Shown here: piece by piece, positions 38,025-43,128 of the stretch
Layout: every line of letters starts with the position of its first letter
Position numbering within the stretch: the first letter of the stretch is position 1
Assembly: GCA_031263105.1 (NCBI GenBank)
Contig: JAISGJ010000136.1
Coordinates: forward strand, 1-43,128
DNA from: Coriobacteriales bacterium
Lineage (GTDB): Bacteria; Actinomycetota; Coriobacteriia; Coriobacteriales; UBA8131
DNA: 43,128 nt
Direction of reading: 5' to 3'
Translations under genes and position numbers: made by a program
The notes under the pieces: model-generated
The model's input: the letters and a program-made list of their open reading frames with translations, nothing else
Database searches by the model: none
Told to the model about the DNA's origin: nothing

Positions 38025-38513
38025 TTGACCAGAGAGATACCTGTTCACCACTCAAAATCACTGAAGCTCACCAATTGCTTGCTGTTTGAACTTTCCAAAG
38101 AAGGGGGCTTTGAGCAACTGCAAGACTTTCAGACCTTGATTGAGCAGATGGAGCTGCATATCCGGCAAAGGGGTTCGCAGCCCATAGGGCCGCTCATTCA
38201 GAGGACGGAGGTACGGGTCGATGAGCAGGGCGAGCCGCAGGTGGTCATCGCCTTCATCCGGCAGGCGAATGCTCCTATCCATCATGTGGAAGCGCCATAC
38301 CGGACGGAGGCCCTGATACGGGAGAGCGACTGCCTGTACACGCGCTTCGTCGGCGAGGAGGAGCATATGCAGTTCGCCTACAACAAGCTGCAGCTCGTCG
38401 CCTACGAGGAGGATATCCCCCTGCGCGGGGACACCTACACGGTGTTCGTCGACCGGAACGACGAGGACGAGACGGTCACGGCGGACGTGTTCATGCCGAA
38501 GAGGGACCGATGA
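38025..38513 (+). CDS. GyrI-like / effector-binding-domain-like protein (tentative)
   Basis: 162 aa from a TTG start. The C-terminal half (YTRFVGEEEHMQFAYNKLQLVAYEEDIPLRGDTYTVFV) resembles GyrI-like small-molecule-binding folds. Both the start and the family are uncertain. Confidence 0.4.
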   Translation: MTREIPVHHSKSLKLTNCLLFELSKEGGFEQLQDFQTLIEQMELHIRQRGSQPIGPLIQRTEVRVDEQGEPQVVIAFIRQANAPIHHVEAPYRTEALIRESDCLYTRFVGEEEHMQFAYNKLQLVAYEEDIPLRGDTYTVFVDRNDEDETVTADVFMPKRDR

Positions 38514-38535
38514 GCGGTAGAAGGAGGGCGCTTCT

Positions 38536-39660
38536 ATGAGGCACGTCAAGAAGCTCAGCGATCTCAAGGACAGCAGGCTGCTGTACGAGAAGACGCTCCC
38601 GGCCTTCGGCTACCTCATAGTGCTTGCGGTTTTCGCTCTGCTCGTCTTCCTCGTCGTTTGGAGCACGCAGACGCCCAAGGTGGACGTGATAAAGTCCGCA
38701 GGCACGGTGCAGGGCGTCAACAAGAACTACGCCATGTCCCCCTACAGCGGCGAGATCGTGAGCATCGACATCCGCGAGGGCGACCAAGTCGAGCAAGGTG
38801 ATGTCCTGCTCGTCGTGCAGAGCACCGACCTCGACCTGCAGAAGGTGCAGCTGGAGGGGCAGGCAGGGATATACCGGACGCAGATCGAGAAGTACGGCCT
38901 CTTGGTGCGCTCCATCCAAGAGAACAGCAACCTGTTCGACGCGACGAAGGCGGAGGACAGCCTCTACCACAGCCAGTACGAGATGTACCGGAGCCAGGTC
39001 GACCAACAGAAGGTCGATTTAGCCACGATGGAGGCATACGGCTACACGGAGGTGCAGGTCGCCGCCGAGATCGAGAAGAACGAGCGCAAGGTCGCCGAGC
39101 TGTACTTCACGGCCATACGCTCCGCAGAGGATGCGGCCCTCCAGGCCCAGACGCAACTCGATGCCGCAACCGTGCAGCTGGACGCCATCGAGGCGGGGCG
39201 GGCCGACTATGCTATAGAGGCGAACGAGGCCGGCACCGTTCACATGATGGGGGAGTACAAGGCCGGCATGGTCGTTCAGGCAGGCTCTGCGATCGCGAGC
39301 ATCTCGTCGGAGATGGACAGCTACTTGGTGGACGCCTACGTCCCCGCCGCCGAGGCCGCGCGCATCGCGGAGGGCGACCCTGCGGACATCGCGGTCTCGG
39401 GCCTCGCGCAGACCGAGTACGGCACCATCGGCGGCAGGGTTGTGCTGATGGACAGCGACGTGACGGTGCCCCAGACAAGCGACGGGAACAGCAGCCCCTA
39501 CTTCCGGGTGAAGATCGAGCCCGATGCGGGCTACCTCGTCAGCAAGTCCGGCCAGAAGGTCAACCTGTCGAACGGGATGGCGGTCGAGGCCCGCATCAAG
39601 TACGACAAGCTGAGCTACTTCGACTACGTCCTGGAGTCCCTGGGGCTCCTGACGCGCTGA
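38536..39660 (+). CDS. HlyD-family bacteriocin secretion accessory protein
   Basis: 374 aa. It has an N-terminal TM segment and the lipoyl-like segment GEIVSIDIREGDQVEQGDVLLVV. A long coiled-coil segment and a C-terminal beta-barrel segment follow. Confidence 0.85.
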   Translation: MRHVKKLSDLKDSRLLYEKTLPAFGYLIVLAVFALLVFLVVWSTQTPKVDVIKSAGTVQGVNKNYAMSPYSGEIVSIDIREGDQVEQGDVLLVVQSTDLDLQKVQLEGQAGIYRTQIEKYGLLVRSIQENSNLFDATKAEDSLYHSQYEMYRSQVDQQKVDLATMEAYGYTEVQVAAEIEKNERKVAELYFTAIRSAEDAALQAQTQLDAATVQLDAIEAGRADYAIEANEAGTVHMMGEYKAGMVVQAGSAIASISSEMDSYLVDAYVPAAEAARIAEGDPADIAVSGLAQTEYGTIGGRVVLMDSDVTVPQTSDGNSSPYFRVKIEPDAGYLVSKSGQKVNLSNGMAVEARIKYDKLSYFDYVLESLGLLTR

Positions 39661-39683
39661 GCGGGCAGGGACGGAGGCGCATC

Positions 39684-41114
39684 ATGAGGCTGCGGCACCC
39701 TCGGTTGCCCATGGGCATGGCGCTCGCCCTGCTGGCTGCGTCTGCGTTCCTCTTCGGCGTCGCCCCCGGTCTTGCTCCCTCGGTCTTTGCGGCACCGGCA
39801 GACGAGGCGGCGTCCGAGACGTCGGACGAGGGGGTGTCCGGTACAGAGGGGGAGTCCGAGGATACCGATGCCGCGAAATCCGAAGCCGACGACCCTGCGA
39901 AGACCGAGGACACCGATGCCACGAAGCCCGAGACCTCTGATACCGCAAAGCCCGGAACCGCTGACGTTGAAAATCCAGCTCCTACCGCCGCAGAACCTGA
40001 GACCATCGCCGTCACGGACATAGAGCTGGACGACTACAAGGATCGGATGGCCACAGGTGAGACGCAGGAGCTTGCGCCCACCGTCCTGCCCGCCAACGCC
40101 ACGGAGCAGACCGTCGCCTTCACGTCGAGCGACAAGGGCGTCCTCACCGTGTCCTCTAAGGGGCAGGTGAAGGCCGTCGGTGCGGGCACGGCGACCGTCA
40201 CGCTCAAGGCAGGGGTCGTCACCAGGGAGATCGCCATCGAGGTGCGGGTCGCGACGACGGCCATAGAGGTCGCCCTGGGCTTCCTGGTTCTGGCCCCGGA
40301 GGAGGCCTTCACGCTCACAGCGTCCGTTGCGCCCGCAGACGCCCCTCAAGCGCTCACCTTCAGATCCACGAACACGGACGTGGCGAGCGTGAGCGAGGGC
40401 GGCACGGTCTGGGCGCTCGCCACCGGCACCGCGTCCATCGTGGTCTCCAACGGCGACGCGAGCGCCGTCACCACCGTGCTGGTCAACGAGAGGGTCGCAG
40501 GCGGGGCGAACGGCGTGGATGGTGCGGACGGGGAGGCCACTGCGGAGCCGTCAGCCTCCGAGAATGCCCCTTCGCCCTCCGCCGCCGCAGAGGCGGCGCT
40601 GGTCGCAGAGATTGAGTCGGATGGCGGCACCGTGCGGGTGCGCCAAGCCGACTGGCCCGTCGTGACGAAGGCCGTCCTTAAGGCGCTCTATGCCACCGGC
40701 GCAACGCTCGTCCTCGAGGCCCCCACCTACACCCTCACGCTCAGGGGCCAAGAGGTGAGAAACGAGCAGAACGAGCTCTCCACCTCCGTCTCCTTCAAGG
40801 AGGATGGAAGCGACACGGTCTTCTCCCTCAACCGGGGAGAGGCCCTGCCCGGGAAGGTCGAGGTCGAGCTGACGGATCCCCGCCTGGACAGGGCGCGCCT
40901 CTACCTCCTCAACCCGAGCACAGGGGCCTACCAGGAGCTCGCCAGCAAGACGGGCCCCGTCCTCGTGCTCGACGAGCCGGGCGAGTACCGCCTGACCGAC
41001 GAGGAGATCGGCGCCCTCACGATCGAGCCGCTCCTGGTAGCGGCAGCAGCCCTCGCCATCCTCGTCGGCGTCGCCCTGTTCGTCGCCTTCAGGCGGAGGT
41101 ACTGGTTCTGGTAG
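39684..41114 (+). CDS. cell-surface protein with acidic linker, two Big_2-like domains and a C-terminal TM anchor
   Basis: It has a signal peptide (MGMALALLAASAFLFGVAPGLAPSVFA). Big_2-like repeats are present (TQELAPTVLPANATEQTVAFTSSD and TLTASVAPADAPQALTFRSTN). The C-terminal anchor is LLVAAAALAILVGVALFVAFRRRYW. Confidence 0.7.
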   Translation: MRLRHPRLPMGMALALLAASAFLFGVAPGLAPSVFAAPADEAASETSDEGVSGTEGESEDTDAAKSEADDPAKTEDTDATKPETSDTAKPGTADVENPAPTAAEPETIAVTDIELDDYKDRMATGETQELAPTVLPANATEQTVAFTSSDKGVLTVSSKGQVKAVGAGTATVTLKAGVVTREIAIEVRVATTAIEVALGFLVLAPEEAFTLTASVAPADAPQALTFRSTNTDVASVSEGGTVWALATGTASIVVSNGDASAVTTVLVNERVAGGANGVDGADGEATAEPSASENAPSPSAAAEAALVAEIESDGGTVRVRQADWPVVTKAVLKALYATGATLVLEAPTYTLTLRGQEVRNEQNELSTSVSFKEDGSDTVFSLNRGEALPGKVEVELTDPRLDRARLYLLNPSTGAYQELASKTGPVLVLDEPGEYRLTDEEIGALTIEPLLVAAAALAILVGVALFVAFRRRYWFW

Positions 41115-41235
41115 AAACTCCGAGCCGTCCAACAAAGCGTATTTTAGTTTTGTGTGGGAAATGCTAAGAAACTAAAATATATTTTGCAATATCACCTTAA
41201 GGTGCTATAGTGTTCAGGAGTCAAAGGAGGATTCG

Positions 41236-42444
41236 ATGATCGAGCGCCCCCACTACCTGAACCGCCTCGTCGCGTTCAAGGACACGAACCTGATAAAGAT
41301 CCTGACCGGCGTCAGGCGTTGCGGCAAAAGCACCCTTCTGAAGCTGTATCGCCAATGGTTGGAGTCCGCTGGCGTTGCGTCGGATGCCGTCGTCGGCATC
41401 GACCTCGACCTGCTCGAGTTCGAAGGCCTCCGGGAGCACCATGCCCTCCACGACCACATCGGCAAGCGACTGGGAGGCAATGCCAGGACCTACGTCTTTA
41501 TCGACGAGGTGCAGCGCTGCCCTCATTTCGAGGATGCGGTCGAGAGCATCTTCGCATCAGGTGTCGCCGACATCTACCTGACGGGGTCGAATGCCCGCCT
41601 CTTCTCCTCCGGGCTGGCAACCTTGCTGTCAGGACGCTATGTGGAAATCCCGATTCTGCCCTTGTCCTTTAAGGAGTACCTCAGCGCCCAGGCCTCCGGG
41701 CGCGAGGGGCACCTCTCCCGGGAGCAGGCCTTTGCCCGGTATGTCCGATACGGCTCCTTGCCCGAGATAACCAACCTGCCGTCCGACGAGCAGGTCGTCT
41801 CCCAGTATCTCGAAGGCGTCTTCAGCTCGATCCTGGTCAACGACATCGTCGAGCGCCACGAGGTGCGCGACGTCGCAGCCCTGAAGCGGATCGCCCGCTT
41901 CCTTTACGGCAACATCGGCAGCTTCACCTCGGCGGCCTCGGTCAGCAACGCCCTGACCTCGGCGGGCCACAGGCTCTCGCAGCCGACGGCGGAGAGCTAC
42001 CTCGGCCACCTCAGCGACAGCCTGCTGTTCTATGCCGTCGAGCGCTTCGACGTGCGTGGCAAGGAGCATCTCAGGCACCTGCCGAAATACTACTCGGTAG
42101 ATACCGGCCTGCGAAACCACGCCCTGGGCTTCCGGCCCGGCGACAGGGGCCATGTTCTGGAGAACATCGTGTACCTGGAGCTCTGCCGCCGGGGCTACCG
42201 CGTGAGCGTGGGCAAGCTGAACGGCCTGGAGATAGACTTCGTGGCGCAGAGGCCGCAGGAGACCCTGTACGTACAGGTGTCGGAGAGCGTCGTCGACCCG
42301 AGGGTACTCGAACGCGAGCTCACGCCCCTGAGAAGGGCCGACGGCTTCCACGGGAGGCTCCTTCTGACACAGGACCACGACCCCCAGGCATCCTATGAGG
42401 GCATAGCGCACCACAACATACTCGACTGGCTCCTTGCGGACTAG
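41236..42444 (+). CDS. AAA ATPase of the AAA_14/DUF4143 type
   Basis: The P-loop is ILTGVRRCGKSTLL and the Walker B-like segment is YVFIDEVQ. The C-terminal nuclease-like motif is LEIDFVAQ...LYVQVSES. Confidence 0.8.
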   Translation: MIERPHYLNRLVAFKDTNLIKILTGVRRCGKSTLLKLYRQWLESAGVASDAVVGIDLDLLEFEGLREHHALHDHIGKRLGGNARTYVFIDEVQRCPHFEDAVESIFASGVADIYLTGSNARLFSSGLATLLSGRYVEIPILPLSFKEYLSAQASGREGHLSREQAFARYVRYGSLPEITNLPSDEQVVSQYLEGVFSSILVNDIVERHEVRDVAALKRIARFLYGNIGSFTSAASVSNALTSAGHRLSQPTAESYLGHLSDSLLFYAVERFDVRGKEHLRHLPKYYSVDTGLRNHALGFRPGDRGHVLENIVYLELCRRGYRVSVGKLNGLEIDFVAQRPQETLYVQVSESVVDPRVLERELTPLRRADGFHGRLLLTQDHDPQASYEGIAHHNILDWLLAD

Positions 42445-42496
42445 GGCCAGTGCCCCGTCGCCCCTTACGTCGCCTTGCACAATGTTGCGTTAGGCA

Positions 42497-43108
42497 TTAT
42501 TGTCGTCTGGCCTCAGCGACAAACAATTCCAGATAGTCCTTGTGGTCAGTGGTAAGATCATTCGCGAATTCCGGGAGATACTTCTTGACGAGAGCGAGAA
42601 TCGCATCGACATCATGAAGTTTCAACTGATTTATCAGGAAGACAATATCGCTTCTGTCGGGGTGTCGCCTATCAATGCGCATGGCGAGGACCTTCATCGC
42701 AAGCAGTGCATCAGCGGGTGGCGTGAGTATCTTCAAATTCGGCAATTCCCAAAATACCTTTGAGGCAGCCATGATTTCTGGTGTCACAAACTTCGAGCCT
42801 GCGTCGTTAATCCAGTCATCGGCAATCCCGTAAAGGGTGGATATCTGCGATGCGCAGAGCCTGATGTCCCCTGACCCCGAATGCATGAGGACATCGAGAT
42901 CCTGGGTTGTATCGCGGGCACCATGTTCAAGCGCCAATGCCCCGCCACCGAAAAGCAGGATAGTTGCCTTGGTGTTTGCTGCAACCAGCCTTCGCGAGAG
43001 CTCCGACAGATATGGAGATTCCGGGCTGGCGGTAACGCTGTTCTGAAATTCGGGTAACGCAATTCCGCGAAGCGGGTAACAGCGGCGCGGCACTCTTTGC
43101 TGTATCAA
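42497..43108 (-). CDS. nucleotidyltransferase-fold protein (AbiEii/MNT-like)
   Basis: LLFGGGALALEHGARDTTQDLDVL fits the GG..A...R.T.D.D minimal NTase motif. GC is lower than in the flanks. The upstream partner would lie beyond the window end. Confidence 0.5.
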   Translation of the reverse strand: MIQQRVPRRCYPLRGIALPEFQNSVTASPESPYLSELSRRLVAANTKATILLFGGGALALEHGARDTTQDLDVLMHSGSGDIRLCASQISTLYGIADDWINDAGSKFVTPEIMAASKVFWELPNLKILTPPADALLAMKVLAMRIDRRHPDRSDIVFLINQLKLHDVDAILALVKKYLPEFANDLTTDHKDYLELFVAEARRQ

Positions 43109-43128
43109 TCACTGGTTATAAAGCCGCA

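Overview
This is a high-GC chromosomal window. Gene order rplU-rpmA-obg-proB-proA-nadD-yqeK-rsfS-dinB and codon style suggest Actinomycetota, possibly Coriobacteriia; that is an inference and no search was run. The window has three parts. (1) 230-14719 is an accessory RiPP locus. Six small genes share one double-glycine leader (MTDT.KVEK...LSEDELEQ[VI]AGG). Five cores carry three Cys-X-Cys pairs and one core has no Cys. They sit around a single radical-SAM/SPASM maturase. Alongside are an M1 metallopeptidase lipoprotein, a very short HlyD-like protein, a C39-peptidase ABC exporter and a second ABC exporter. Relics of a duplicated cluster and two AAA-ATPase genes lie next to it. I could not place this locus in a characterised RiPP class from the sequence alone, and it is the main candidate for a new system. 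(2) 15176-26608 is housekeeping. It has three oddities: an L21 with a roughly 150-aa Ala/Lys/Pro tail, an EF-G paralog that lacks the catalytic His, and a yqeK start-codon/frame anomaly. (3) 26862-43128 is a mosaic accessory region. It holds Big_2 surface proteins, a NitT/TauT-type ABC importer, a DUF3791-DUF3990-DUF3791 triad, and a second, class-II-like double-glycine bacteriocin locus whose structural and immunity genes lie in an AT-rich island. It also holds more DUF4143-type ATPases and a nucleotidyltransferase-fold gene. Two MITE-like repeat families are present, one with perfect 8-bp target-site duplications and one flanked by CTAG. I saw no rRNA, tRNA or CRISPR array. Many long ORFs in the track are antisense artefacts of the high GC content.
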